NCBI GenBank assembly: GCA_013239625.1
Contig: MU054323.1
Span: forward strand, 13,687,950-13,751,949
Length of the DNA: 64,000 nucleotides
From: Lama guanicoe
Lineage: Eukaryota
Direction of reading: 5' to 3'
A model generated the notes under the pieces. That model did not search any database and was not told the origin of the DNA. It saw only the letters and a list, made by a program, of their open reading frames with translations. This document shows, piece by piece, positions 14,097 to 26,352 of this stretch; position 1 is the stretch's first letter, and each line of letters opens with the position of its first letter. The translations under genes and the position numbers were made by a program.

Positions 14097-14272
14097 AGAA
14101 ATACATTTCATAAGGTTATAGCTATCATGAATAGTGATTTCTCTGATGGATATGAGCAAAGTCAGTTGAAAACCTCTGGAAAGGATTCACCCTTCTAGAT
14201 GCCATATCATGGGAAGAGGTCAAAATATCAACATGAACAAAAGTTTGGAAAAATACTGATTTGAGCCCTCAT
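14097..14272 (+). mobile_element. Tigger1 (TcMar) transposase internal fragment
   Basis: agaaatacatttcataagg...agtgatttctctgatggatatgagcaaagt...tggaaaggattcacc...catgggaagaggtcaaaatatcaacat matches recalled Tigger1 ORF. Confidence 0.85.
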
Positions 14273-16124
14273 CTGTCCCATGATGCTAGGAAGCCTCATT
14301 CCTAGATCAAGTGAGGATTTTGTTCATATTTAGAAACAAATACCCTCTGAATTTGATGATTGTTACTCTCCGAAGTTACATCTTCCAAAATAAAATCTTT
14401 TGCCTGTTTCCCCAAGACCTGATATTTGTCAACCTCGGCTTCTGCTTTAGGTCAGTTTGGCTTTTTAATTTTTTTTTCCTAAGAAAGAAAAGCATTACAT
14501 GTCTTCCTTCAATAAGAACTTATCTGTGATAGAAAAGTCTCTTCCCTTGAAATTTCTCCCACATCAACAGAGATTGAAATCAGAGCAGAATCCATTTGTC
14601 AGGGCAGGTTTAGAGAAAGGACTCTCTTGAGGCTGTCGTGAAAGTCCCTCTCAATCTCAGATTCTGTCTCAGTCTCATTCTTATTGTATGATGTAGTGGT
14701 GCTTCCCGAATGTCATTCAGGTAAAACCTTTCATGTATATTTACCACCTGTATGATTATTGATGTTTTCAGAATGACAGAAATTAAATAAACTTTGGATT
14801 AAGCTAAGAGTATCAGAAAAAATTAGACTGATTCTAAGCTATGATCATATTCACGGAATCATAGATTTTGTGTTCTGCTTTTCTTTTTTGCTAATGTAAG
14901 TTAAGATAAACTTATAAACCATAAACTGCGTTTATTCTTGTATCCAAATACAGTGAAGTTGCTATTCCCTAATGATGCAGGACTTTCACTTTGGGAAACT
15001 ATGGGATAGTGCTTCTGAGCTTGCTGTGACACAGACCTTCGAGAGCAACAGCGCTGGTTAAAATCTGGAGGCGAGAAAAGAATAGTGGAAAGATTCAGAA
15101 CCTCTGCCCACTGCCTGCTGTCTCAGTCTACTTGTCTGTTGAGAGGAAGGTATGAGGGTCTCAGTGAATGAGGAGCCAAGAGTATATATCATCTTTTTTT
15201 CCTTGAAAAAGGAAGGTAAGCCCCAACTTTGGTGTCGCCAATGAAGAAATGGCACCAGAGGCTGAGAGATCTGTGTCTCTTTCACACAGACAAAGAATGG
15301 CACAGGAGGCAGGGTGACAATGCTGTAGTTGGTGCAAGAATCAGGAGGAACTCCCGATGGATAAGAAACTTGTGTTTTCTCTGGAACCCTAGCCTCTGAT
15401 CTGATCTTGGCTTTTGGAAGTGACCAGATAAGTGGGGCTTACTTGCTCACCTTGGCCAAGAGGCAGAGATACTTAGGTTTATAGCTCATTCAGATGAAGG
15501 ATCCGAAGTCACATTGACGAAGACCTCACTCTGTTATATGTGTTTAGTGATAGAGGAGCTAAGTGATGGATGACTACTGCTTTTAGTAGCAACAACAGGG
15601 AGAAGTCAGAATGACAGAAATGCAATTATAGTGGCACTTCGATTAATAAAACCCATGGGAAGCATGCCCTTTCACAAGGAAATCATCATGTTTGAGAAAA
15701 TACAAAACAAAAATGACTTATAAATCTCCAAGTTGCTATATGTGGTTTTACTTGATTGGAAAAACAAAACAAAACACACCAACGAATAAAAAATTTAAGT
15801 AATCAATAAAAAAACCCTGTTTCACAGCTTGTGTTGACTTCTCACAGTTTGAAGTGAATAAGGAGTTTTTTGAGCAAAAATTCTTCTAAGCCTGCAGTCT
15901 CATCTTTCTGCACCTTCCCCAGCATTCTGCTTGCTTACTCCAGTATACCCTACCTCCTGAATTTGGTGGTCACTCCCTCTCGTCCCCTCAAGGTTTAAGA
16001 CCTTTCATTTCTTATGCCTCCCTGTCAAAATGTAGACACATCCAGAAGCTCAGACCATTTATGCTTACTGAGTATTAATTGATTATATTTTAACTCAACA
16101 TATCTGTAAGTATGCTCTGTGGGC

Positions 16125-16385
16125 AACAGTTTATCAGATGTCCGTGCCATGTAACCAAAAGGAAGAGGTTATGGGTCAGATAAGTTGGGAAAATCCAGAG
16201 TTGAACAAAATGAATGGGTTTCATTACTGTAGGACTTCTCAGAAACTGAAATGTGTAATTGGAAATGATGAATCATAGAAAGGTTATGTAGTATTCAGTG
16301 TTTCCCAAACTTATGTCGTGATAGTAAAAGTTTCTTTTGAGCATCTCCAGGAATTTGTTTGTCTAACACACTCTGGAGAATGCTG
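16125..16385. mobile_element. hAT-Charlie MER112-like element
   Basis: gtcagataagttgggaaa...actgtaggacttctcaga...cagtgtttcccaaactta motifs. Confidence 0.7.
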
Positions 16386-16454
16386 TTTTAGTTGAAACTC
16401 ATCTAAGTGTGCCTAAGCAAAATGTTCTGAGCAATCTGTTTATATTTTACACCT

Positions 16455-16893
16455 TAGTAGATTGAATAGTGGCCCCCAAAAGATATGTACAAGTTCTAGC
16501 CCCTGGTACTTGTAAATGTGGTATTATTTGGACATAGTCTTTGCAAATACAATTAAGGATTTTGAGATGGGATCATTCTGGTTTTAGGGTGGGCCTTCCA
16601 TCCAAGGACAGTGTCCTTATGAGACACAGAAAAGGAGATGACACAGAGATACATATGAGAAGCAGGCCATGTGAAAAAGGAAGTAGACACTGAAGTTATG
16701 CTACCATAACCAAGGAACCAATAGAACCTAAAAAAGGCAAGGGAAGACTCTTCAGTATAGAGCCTTTGGAAGGCGTCTTGTCATGCTGGTGATGATTTCA
16801 GCCTTCTAGCCTCCAGAACTGTGAGAGAAAAAATTTCTCTTGTTTTGAGTCACTTGGTTTCTAGTAACTTATGGTGGCCTTAGGAAACCAGTA
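16455..16893 (+). mobile_element. MaLR solo LTR (MLT1B/C-like)
   Basis: gattgaatagtggcccccaaaagatatgt...cttctagcctccagaactgtgagagaaaaaatttct...cttaggaaacca. Confidence 0.9.
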
Positions 16894-17514
16894 AAATGCC
16901 CTTTACTTCTGACTGTGTAGTGTGGTGACTTAGGTTTTGACTTTTTATTTTTCAAAAAAACATCAGGCATCAGTGAGCACTGGGCAGGTATTTTTGAGGC
17001 AGAGCCTGATTCTGCTTTTTGATCACTAAAAATAAAATTGGTTTAATCTTTTGATGTGGTTGGTTAAAGAAGTTGGATATATTAGAAGAAATACCCAGGA
17101 TTTCTATCCAAAAGACAAGTTTCCTTCCTTTTGGGTCCCTTTCCAGTGTTTTCCTGTCTTGATGAGGGCCCCTGCATGCAGCTTGTCTCTTTACCTTGCC
17201 TGATCAGTCATGAATCCTGATGTTAACTACCAAAGATTGCTCTATTCTGTAATTTATTTATCTATTTACTGCAGCACCTGAGCTATACCACCTCTTGCCT
17301 GGGATACTTGAATCTCCTCCAAAGCACTCAAAGCATGTTATACACCCCCCGCCGCCAACGCCAGCACTTTAAATACTACCATGGCTTCCCAATTCTCTTA
17401 GATAAAGACCAACATCCTTAATAGGTGTACAAGGCCTGCTTTGATATATCTCTAGTAGTTCCCCAAACTCGCTTTGCACCCTGTTTCCCTCTGCTCTCTT
17501 CCTATCCTAGAGGA

Positions 17515-20500
17515 TAGTGAAAGTCCATATTTTTGAACCCATGTATAACTTCCATTCCTGTCTCCATGGTCACCTTAGTCATGAGCCCAATGAACAAGCA
17601 TTGGTTGGTGGGGGAAAGATGCTAACAAATAACTGTTTATAGAAAGCTTCCTCCCTGCTGGAGGCCCTCTGGTCATCATTCATATGGGACAAAAACATTC
17701 TTTTTTTTTTTTGACATCTTAACATTTTTTTATTGATTTATAATCATTTTACAATGTTGTGTCAAATTCCAGTGTTCAGCACAATTTTTCAGTCATTCAT
17801 GGACATATACACACTCATTGTCACATTTTTTTCTCTGATTTATCATAACATTTTGTGTATATTTCCCTGTGCTATACAGTGTAATCTTGTTTATCTATTC
17901 TACAATTTTGAAATCCCAGTCTATCCCTTCCCACCCTCTACCCCTCTGGTAACCACAAGTCTGTATTCTCTGTCCATGAGTCTTTAGATTCCACATATGA
18001 GCGATCTCATATGGTATTTTTCTTTCTCTTTCTGGCTTACTTCACTTAGAATGACATTCTCCAGGAGCATCCATGTTGCTGCAAATGGCATTATGTTGTC
18101 GGTTTTTATGGCTGAGTAGTATTCCATTGTATAAATATACCACATCTTCTTTATCCAGTCACCTGTTGATGGACATTTAGGCTGTTTCCATGTTTTGGCT
18201 ATTGTAAATAGTGCTGCTATGAACATTGGAGTGCAGGTGTCATCCTGAAGTAGATTTCCTTCTGGATTCAAGCCCAGGAGTGGGATTCCTGGGTCATATG
18301 GTAAGTCTATTCCTAGTCTTTTGAGGAATCTCCACACTGTTTTCTATAGTGGCTACACAGGACAAAAACATTCTTGCACTGTGGATCCATTCTGATAGGT
18401 ATATAGCTCTTACCAGAAACTCCCTTTTCCTGAATCTCCTGAGGAACTTGATCCTTCCAGATTCCTGACAATCTGTATAAATCATGAACTACTATCCATG
18501 ACTTGATACAAATTCTTACCTTAGGGCTTCTTTGCTTCTAGGCAAAGTTGCCCACATGAAGAACTGCTCAAAGGCTCACTCACTACAGCAGTTCATTTCT
18601 GGTGCCAGCAAATTGGATAAAAATATCTGTAAGTCAGGCTTAAAATGTCCTCTTAGTCAAGTAGACATAGAGAACTTCTCTTTGAACTTTAAAAGTGGGT
18701 AGACTGAGAGGTGGTTACACAGACTTTCTAGGAATGAGACTTTAGGAGCAGCCACATCAGGAGGGAGAGCCACCTGCTATGCCTTAAGGGTGTGCTCAAG
18801 CCTGATCTCCTAAATAACTTGTCCATTTGATAACGAGGTACTGCTGGGTATACTTACATTTATGAGTTGTTAAAGTCAAATAGCACTTAGTTCCATGTCT
18901 TCTCGTTTTCCATTATAAGATACGCAGTTTCTGCCAGGGCTTAATACTAAGCCAAGAGTGGTTTCTCAAAATGAAAATAGTTATTTAATAGAGAGTACAT
19001 GATATTAATACAAAATCCTTGAGGCCACCTTCCCCACTGGGGACAGCTGTAGGCTCCTTACAATGTGGTGTTCTTCTATAGACAATTTATGTATCACTGG
19101 ATCTGCTGGATCAGAACGCCAGGGGGCCCCCCGTCCCCACTCACTGCAATCTGTGGAGCTCCCAGTTAATGGCATAGAGATAATCCTGGTATGGGTCTTT
19201 TTTCTTTCCTCCTTTCTGTATTTCCCTTTGCCCTTCTACTTTCCTTTACATATTTATTGAACTCTTTCTACCCAGTCTGTCCTGCTTGACCACGAAAGAC
19301 CCTGTTTCCTTCTCACACCTCATACTTAATGCAATCCCTGCCCTTTTCTCCCTATATCCCAAGACTCTCAGATATAACTTTCATAATTCTGTCACTTTTG
19401 ACATTATAATAGTTAGCACTTAATTCTTTTCTTTTCTTTTTTTTTTTTGTACTGTAAGTCTTACTTATTCTGAAGTCCTGGAACACATCACTTATTCTCC
19501 TACATCGTATGACCTTTGTTGGAAACTTTCTAAGTAGAAGAAATGTGTTAAAGCCACATGTCCTCTTAGCTAATGAAAGTGTCACATATTAAGTTGAATT
19601 TGCCTTGGGATTTGGGTTGCTGCTGAAACTGGGTCTTGGGACACGTAATAACTGTAGGGAGCCAGGATTTTTGCTTCATTCTTATTTGAGAGATACTCCC
19701 TCTGAGAGCAGGACATATGTTTCTTCCTATCATAAACTTTTCCCCAGGAAGGACTCTGTCGGTTGTTTGGTCCATTGCACCAATAAGACCATGTCACAGA
19801 TAGGAAGGACGCTCTCTAGCATCTGATCCCAGCTAGTTTAAAGGCCTGGAGACATGAGCTTGTCCTTATTCCCTGTGCAGCATTTGAGTCATAGCTTCAC
19901 TCTTCATGGGTTTACCAGGTTATTACACTTCATTTCTCTTTCTAAAATCCCTCCTTTTTCTTAATTTCTGTTCAGACAAAATGCCACCCTCCATTACACA
20001 TCGTTTTCACATATTTATGGACTAAATTCATGTGCTGCCCATTTTTTATGAACCACTCAGCTGCCCTTGTTTCTCTCCCTGGGAACTATTATTTCCTTTA
20101 TTATAGCACGTTCATTCTTTGTCTCTCATTCCCCTTACTTTAGACATAACTGTGACCTTCTGAATCCCCAAACTTGGTACATCATCCTCAGCAATCTCAG
20201 TAGATTTTTGCTATGTACGTTTTTTTCTCACGGTTGGGTAATAGAATTTTGTACGTACACTCAAACAGTGATGTTCAGTCTTCTGCCTGGCCAAGCTCAT
20301 AATATAAACTTCTTTCTAATTTGCTATTCTTCTTTGCCTGTTGGTGTCTTTTTTCATTATTAGTTCCCTGTTTCCTCTAGTCCCTTGGGCACGGCAAGCT
20401 TCTCAGTTGAATGAGTTAGCATTTTTCACCTTGAGTTTTACACAGCTATGTCTCACTTGTGTTTCCAAGCTTATTTTATTTTTTTTCATTATTTTATCTG

Positions 20501-20800
20501 TGGTCACTGATATTTGCAACATCTCTCAGGATCACCAGGAAAAATCTCATTAACTTGCTGATCACTTTTTCTCCAAGATCTTTATTAAGATACAAAGATT
20601 TAACACCATTTCCTCAGCACCCCTCTAGTCATTTTGGTTTCACACAAGTCTTCGAGGCAAAATGAGAAAGGATGCTGTAGGTGGTCAGTTCTCTTAATAC
20701 TTGTATGTCATCTGGCTCTGCTAATTTATACATGCTCCTTAGATTTTCTAACTCTCCATTCACTTCTACTTTTCTGTAAGAAATTCTGTTCATGAGATTA
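17515..20800 (-). mobile_element. Decayed ERV-L (class III endogenous retrovirus) internal gag/pol region, interrupted by an L1
   Basis: Minus-strand translations: VHWAHD*GDHGDRNGSYTWVQKYGLS (17520-17598; compare ERV-L integrase WAHEQSGHGGRDGGYAWAQQHGLP), YLSEWIHSARMFLSH...QRASSREE (RNase H), DPADPVI...NNYFHFEKPLLA*Y*ALAET (~18925-19120). Right boundary uncertain. Confidence 0.8.
17703..18359 (-). mobile_element. Young 5'-truncated L1 with open ORF2 C-terminus
   Basis: Uninterrupted 117-aa ORF 17984..18337 (LPYDPGIPLLG...CTPMFIAALFTIAKTWKQPKCPS...MWYIYTMEYYSAIK); poly(A) tail seen as a T-run; perfect 16-bp TSD ggacaaaaacattctt (17687-17702 and 18360-18375). Confidence 0.97.
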
Positions 20801-20929
20801 TCATCATTTATTAATTGTTCATATTTAGATTCAAATTAAGTTTCAAATATTGGGAAGTTTTTCTAGATTGCATAGAAACTGGGTGTTAAGTGGCACAGTT
20901 GTAGCTGATACCCTCTACCCTGGATTAAC

Positions 20930-21025
20930 TTGAAATACTTCATGGGAAATATTTATACTAAAAAGCTATTTGTTGTTGTCTGAAATTAAAATTTAGCTGG
21001 GCATCCTATATTTTATTTGGCAAAT
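20930..21025. mobile_element. MER53-like hAT MITE fragment
   Basis: ttatactaaaaagctatttgttgttgtctgaaattaaaatttagctgggcatcctatattttatttggcaa. Confidence 0.7.
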
Positions 21026-22709
21026 GCAGTCCCAAAGGAGGATACCTTAACTCAAGTAGTAAATATCTTGTTGGGAAGATAGAGTCACCTGTGAAGACCT
21101 GCAGCAGTGCCAGGCAGCTTATGATAAGGGTCAGATTAATGGCTAGAACAATAGACTGAGAAATATAAGACTTCCTCTAGATTCAGAGAATCCACAGAAC
21201 TTCAGCAGGCAGAGATAAAGTGTGTGTGGAGAAGGGTATGGAGGTATAGAAACTCAAGACATTGCCAGGGGACACTGAGTAGGATTGGATAGTAGAGCAA
21301 ATTGGGAATTGAAGTGAAACCAGTTTTGAATTCTGTTCAGTTGTTAGTGTGGAGCCATTAACATTTTTAACCATGGGGAAGAAACACTGAGTCATATTGT
21401 TGAAAGATCATGGTTTCCCATAAGAGAAACCTAAGGCAGAGAGAGGTTAAATAATTTGCCCAATGCCAGACTTTTTAGTGGAGAAAGGAGAAAGGCCATG
21501 TAGATAAAGTCAACATTAAGCGACTAAGAATTGTATATGAAAACCTGGCTTTAAGCTTCATTTTTCTCTTTTGTGCTCTTTTCCTAGATTGTATAGTGAT
21601 TATGTAAGTGGCAGAATTGTAAGCAGACAGTGTCTACTCTGGGTGAACTTGGCCTCTCCCTCGACCTCTTTCGATATTTGGAGCTTAGGAATCATGAAGT
21701 TCATTAGCTACTGAGAGTGTTCCCCCTATGCTGGGATGGTAGTGAGAAAGTACATGTTTACTTGCTTTATGCTTGTTCAACCTTGGGGTTATCCAGGAGG
21801 GCCATGGCCACCTTCACTGCTGCAAAAGAGTCAGGCTTGGTTTAACCTAAACTAAGTTGCCATGACCAGTATAGACCCTCCTCTGGCCCATCTGTCTCTC
21901 TTTTACAGAAGGGATGTTTAGTGCAGTAAGAATGTGGCCCATTATCACTGCGCTGCTAACTTTAGAACTGTTTGCAATCTGAATTTTATAGCGATTATGC
22001 TATTTCTGCATAAGTATAAAGGCAGTATTTTCAAGGAAACTCATCCTGTGTGGATAGTCTAGTGCTTTGCTGTTCTCCTTTTGTTTAGGCCAACCCCGAA
22101 TACATGTGTCAGAACACCACCAGGAAAACATGAGCAAAACTTCAGCCTTGTAATTTTCTGGGTGACTGAGATTGCTTTCACTTAAGTGTTTATAATTTTC
22201 TTTTTCATCGGCAGATTTGTATTTTCTTCTCTGGGCATTAACTGAGAAATTCCTATTTTCTGTTTGTGCCAGGCTAGAAAATCACCTGTCCGAGGTGCTG
22301 TAGAAGAGATTTAGGCATTAGAGGGGTTGTTGGACTAAATGACTTTTAAGGTCTTTTCTGTTTATGAGATTCCAGTATTGTATTTCCTTGGTGACTCAAA
22401 ATAAGATTACATACTGATTTTCCTGTAGTACTCAAAAACTGTAGTTGACAGAAAAAGGGCTTAGAAATAGATTGATCACACATCTGTTTTTTGTGTAGGT
22501 TTAATCAAGTGATATATTACTGAAGTTTATCTTTTGATAATAATGATTTAACTTCTTAGCAACTGTTCATATACTGTTGACCAGTGAAAAATTTGGATAA
22601 TTTTCCATGCTTTAGCCTGTCAGAACAATGAATTGGTCTGAAAGATAACAATATTATGACTAGAAAAGAATGAAACGTATTATATAGGAGTCATTCGGAT
22701 GTGATAAAA

Positions 22710-22860
22710 AAGTCATTCTCAAACAATGGGTGATGGTCCTCATGACTCAGAATCAGTGAGAAAATTTAAAATATACAGGTTGTGGGACCTCACCTTGGAA
22801 ATTCTGATTTGGTAAATCTGGACTATGACATTGGAATCATTTCATTCTCAAAAAAGCTGG
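22710..22860. mobile_element. MER5-like hAT-Charlie fragment
   Basis: ttctcaaac...tcagaatca...aaaatatacaggttgtgggacctcacc...attctgatttggtaaatctgg. Confidence 0.55.
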
Positions 22861-23244
22861 GCTCTTGCCTTCTACCTGCTTAACAAAAACTGAACACTCC
22901 CACAGTTGCCAGTGTCTGTGACCATGCATGTGGACTGGGGTTATCCTGGGAAGCAACTATTTCTTAGGGTCCCAAACATGATTTGGGGCAGCCCATCCCC
23001 CACCACTGCTCTCCAGTTCCCTTTAGTTTCTCTAGCACTTCTCCCTCACTGTGCCAAACCCCATGCATCTCACATCCTGCTTCTCCTCATACCATTTCCC
23101 TTCTCCCCATGCATCAGTAAAATCTAGAAAACCAGATATCAGAGAAATAAATTTCTCTCCATGCCATACCTTCCTTCCTGAACACACCCTCATAAGTAAG
23201 CCTTAAAATGGCAGATGGGATCCTGAAGAGGAAGATTAACTTAC

Positions 23245-23594
23245 TGTTCTTAGTCTTTTGGGGCTGCTATAACAAAATACCACAGACTGGGTGGCTTATA
23301 AACAGCAGGAATTTATTGCTCATTGTTCTGGAGGCTGAAAGTCCAAGATCAGGGTGACAGCATGGTCAAGGGAGGGCCGTATTCTGGGTTGCAGGCTTCT
23401 GTATTATCTCATGTTGTGATAGGGGCTAGGGAGCTCTATGAGATTTCTTTTATAAACATTAATCCTACTAATGAGGGTTCTACCCTCATAACCTAATCAC
23501 CTCCCACAGGCCCCACCTATTAACACCATCACCTTTGGAGGTTAGGATTTCAACATATGCATTTTGGAAGAACACAAACATTCAGACCATAGTA
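23245..23594 (-). mobile_element. MaLR solo LTR (MLT1A-like)
   Basis: tgttcttagtc...gctgctataacaaaataccacagactgggtggcttataaac...aaacattcagaccatagta; 5-bp TSD-like pair cttac and cctac. Confidence 0.92.
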
Positions 23595-24169
23595 CCTACC
23601 AATGGATGATGCTACATTGGAAGGTACTTCTGTACTATTATATGTATTTCAGTAGCTTTATACATCTGCATAATAGTGTTTCGTTCCAATTTATAGTTTG
23701 GCCAGCAGGTTGTTCATATTACTGATAGGTTGAAATTAGTGAGTAAAGATTTTTTGCTTTTAGTGTGGCCCTTCCCCAAATTACCAAATACACTGCTCCC
23801 ATAATACATTCTCTTTCCACAGAAAGAGACAATTACTTGCCCAGTCTAACTACTTTAACTTATGAAGGTGTTTGAAGGCTTATGTTAACTTGTTTGTTTT
23901 TCTTTTGGTTCTGGTTTCACTTCTTCCTTAGTAATTGCTTTGGAAGAGACATTTAACAGAAAAGCAAACGGTTGCACCTAAAGATTGATTATACCTTTTC
24001 TTCCAGTTCTCTGTCCTTATCAATTTTCTGTAACATACATGAGAGTCAATATAATGTTCATTTTTCATGACTGCATGAAGAAAATGCTCAGCTATGAGAA
24101 ACTTTAAAAAAAAATCAGAGACTTTTCTCCTGTTCCCTTAAATCAGTATTGGACATAAAGTTTAGCATG

Positions 24170-25800
24170 ACTATTTTCTAATATGTAAATGCATATTTTG
24201 AAAGTCTTTACTTTTTTTTTGAATATTATGTACAGTCACTTTAGAAAATGTAGAGAAAGTTTATTAAGAAAATAAAAGCCATTTGCAATCTTACCCTCAG
24301 AGAAAATCATTAATACATACATATTTTTGCAGTCCCTGATAAATTATATGCTGATATGTACACAGAATATATATCCTTTTTTTGGACACAAGTGAAAGCA
24401 TATTCACACAATTCTACATTATTTTAACTTAGCAGTATATTTTGCAGTCACTTGTTATCAGTATATGTAGATCTATTTTTGTAGAAGCTGTACATCATTC
24501 CATTATATTGAAGTCCCTTCATTTATTTAACCAGTCTCCTATTGATGCCTATTTAAATTGTCTCACATGCTTAGTTATTAAAAATGTGGCACTGAATATC
24601 CCTGAACTTACATGATTTTATCCAAATGTGAGTGATTCTGCAGGATAAAGTTCTAGCAGGGTCAGAATTTTGATAGATATAGGCGGATTGTTCTCCAGAG
24701 AGATTTAGCAACGAATACTCTATCAGCACTGTTTAATAGTGCCTGCTTTCCCACGCACTCATACTATTAGGCACTTTGGATTTTTGTCATTCTGATAGGT
24801 GACACTTGTTATCTCACTGAATTTGCATTTCTTATTGTGAAAGAGTTTGAGCACCTTTTCCTATGTTTGAGTTATTTAATTTCCTTTTCTCTACGTTTAC
24901 TCTTCATGTTACTTAGCCACTTTTCTATACTTTCTATTGTCTTTTTAAAATTTATTTTTAGAAACGCTTTGAAGAGTAAAGAAAGTTAGATTTTGGAGTC
25001 TAAATTGTTTTCTTGGATTATTTTTTTCTCCATTTTGCCATGGTCATGGGTGGTGTTAATTTCATTAATTCTTTTTTCCTCCCATGCTGGTATTTTCACC
25101 ATTTTGTGTCATCAAATTTATCAGTATTTTCTTATATGTGTTCTAGATTTCATATGTTCTGTGGAAATAATTTCTTGCCCTAGGATTATATGTGAATACT
25201 ACTATTTGTCTTTTTTCATGTTTCACTTTTTTGTTTCATTTTAACAATTGGAGGCATTAATTAAAGTGCTTTTTTCCCTAGATGACTACTTGTTCAATTA
25301 CCTGTGAAGTAAACTATCTTCTCTTCTTTGTTTTGAATATCATTTTAACACATATTATATTTCTGTATCTCTTTGTGTCTATCTCTGGAGTATCTATTCT
25401 GAACCATTTATTCATCTATTTATGTGCCAGTATCTTACTGTTCTAACTATTGTAACTTAAAATATGTTTTAATATAGGATAGAACTAGTGTTTCCTTATT
25501 ACTTTATTTTTTTAGAATTCTCTCCTTTACAAAAGTCTTGTTTGGTATTTTATGTATTTTCCATATTTTGGAGCATTTGGTTTATTACCAAATTTTAGCA
25601 ATTATAAGTGATAGTTTTAAGCTTTACTATAAAAAATAATGTTTAGATTTTCTTGTAAATAATCTTTTTACCACACTTCAACTTATTTCTTTATAAAGAA
25701 TATTAGATGTAGGATTATTGAATAAAAATGAATAAGATTTCTAGAAGGCTCTTAATGCATATTGTCACACTAACTTTCCAGAATCTAAAAGTTTGTGAAG
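24170..25800 (-). mobile_element. Ancient L1ME-like fragments
   Basis: atttatttaaccagtctcctattgatg, tttgcatttcttattg, ttatgtgccagtatcttactgtt L1M motifs. Confidence 0.7.
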
Positions 25801-25802
25801 GA

Positions 25803-26352
25803 TGTATTGGTTCCCTATTGTTATATTAAAAAATTACCCCAAAACTTAGAAGCTGAGAACAGTAAGCATTTATTTTCTCCCAGTTTCTGAGGGTCAGGTA
25901 TCCCAGCGTGGCTTACCATGGTTCCTCTGGGTTAGGGTCTCTCACAGGGCTGTAGCCAAGGTGTTGGCCAGTCCTGTAGTTGTCTCAAGGCTCAATTTAG
26001 GTACTTTTGTTTTCAAGTTCACTCAGGTGGCTTTAGGCAGACCTAAAGTCATTGCTGGCTCTTGACCAGAGGTATCAGTTCTTTGCCACGTTGCCCTCTC
26101 CATAGGGCAGCTCACATTATGGCAGTGGGCTTCTCGGAGTGAACAGGGGAGAGAGTGAGAGAGAGCAAGGAATATGGAAGGCACTGTTTTTCTGTAAGTT
26201 AACCTTGAAAATGACATTTTACACTTTTGCTGTACTCTATTTGTTAAAAGCAAGTTACTAAGTCAAGCCCACACTTGAGGGAAGGGCATTACACAGGGCA
26301 TATATACAGGGAGGCAGGAATCGTAGTAGCTGTCTTTGAAGCTGCCCATCAC
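25803..26352 (-). mobile_element. MaLR solo LTR (MLT1F/G-like)
   Basis: tgtattggtt...aaattaccccaaaacttag...ctctccatagggcagctcaca...gctgcccatcaca; TG...CA termini. Confidence 0.88.
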
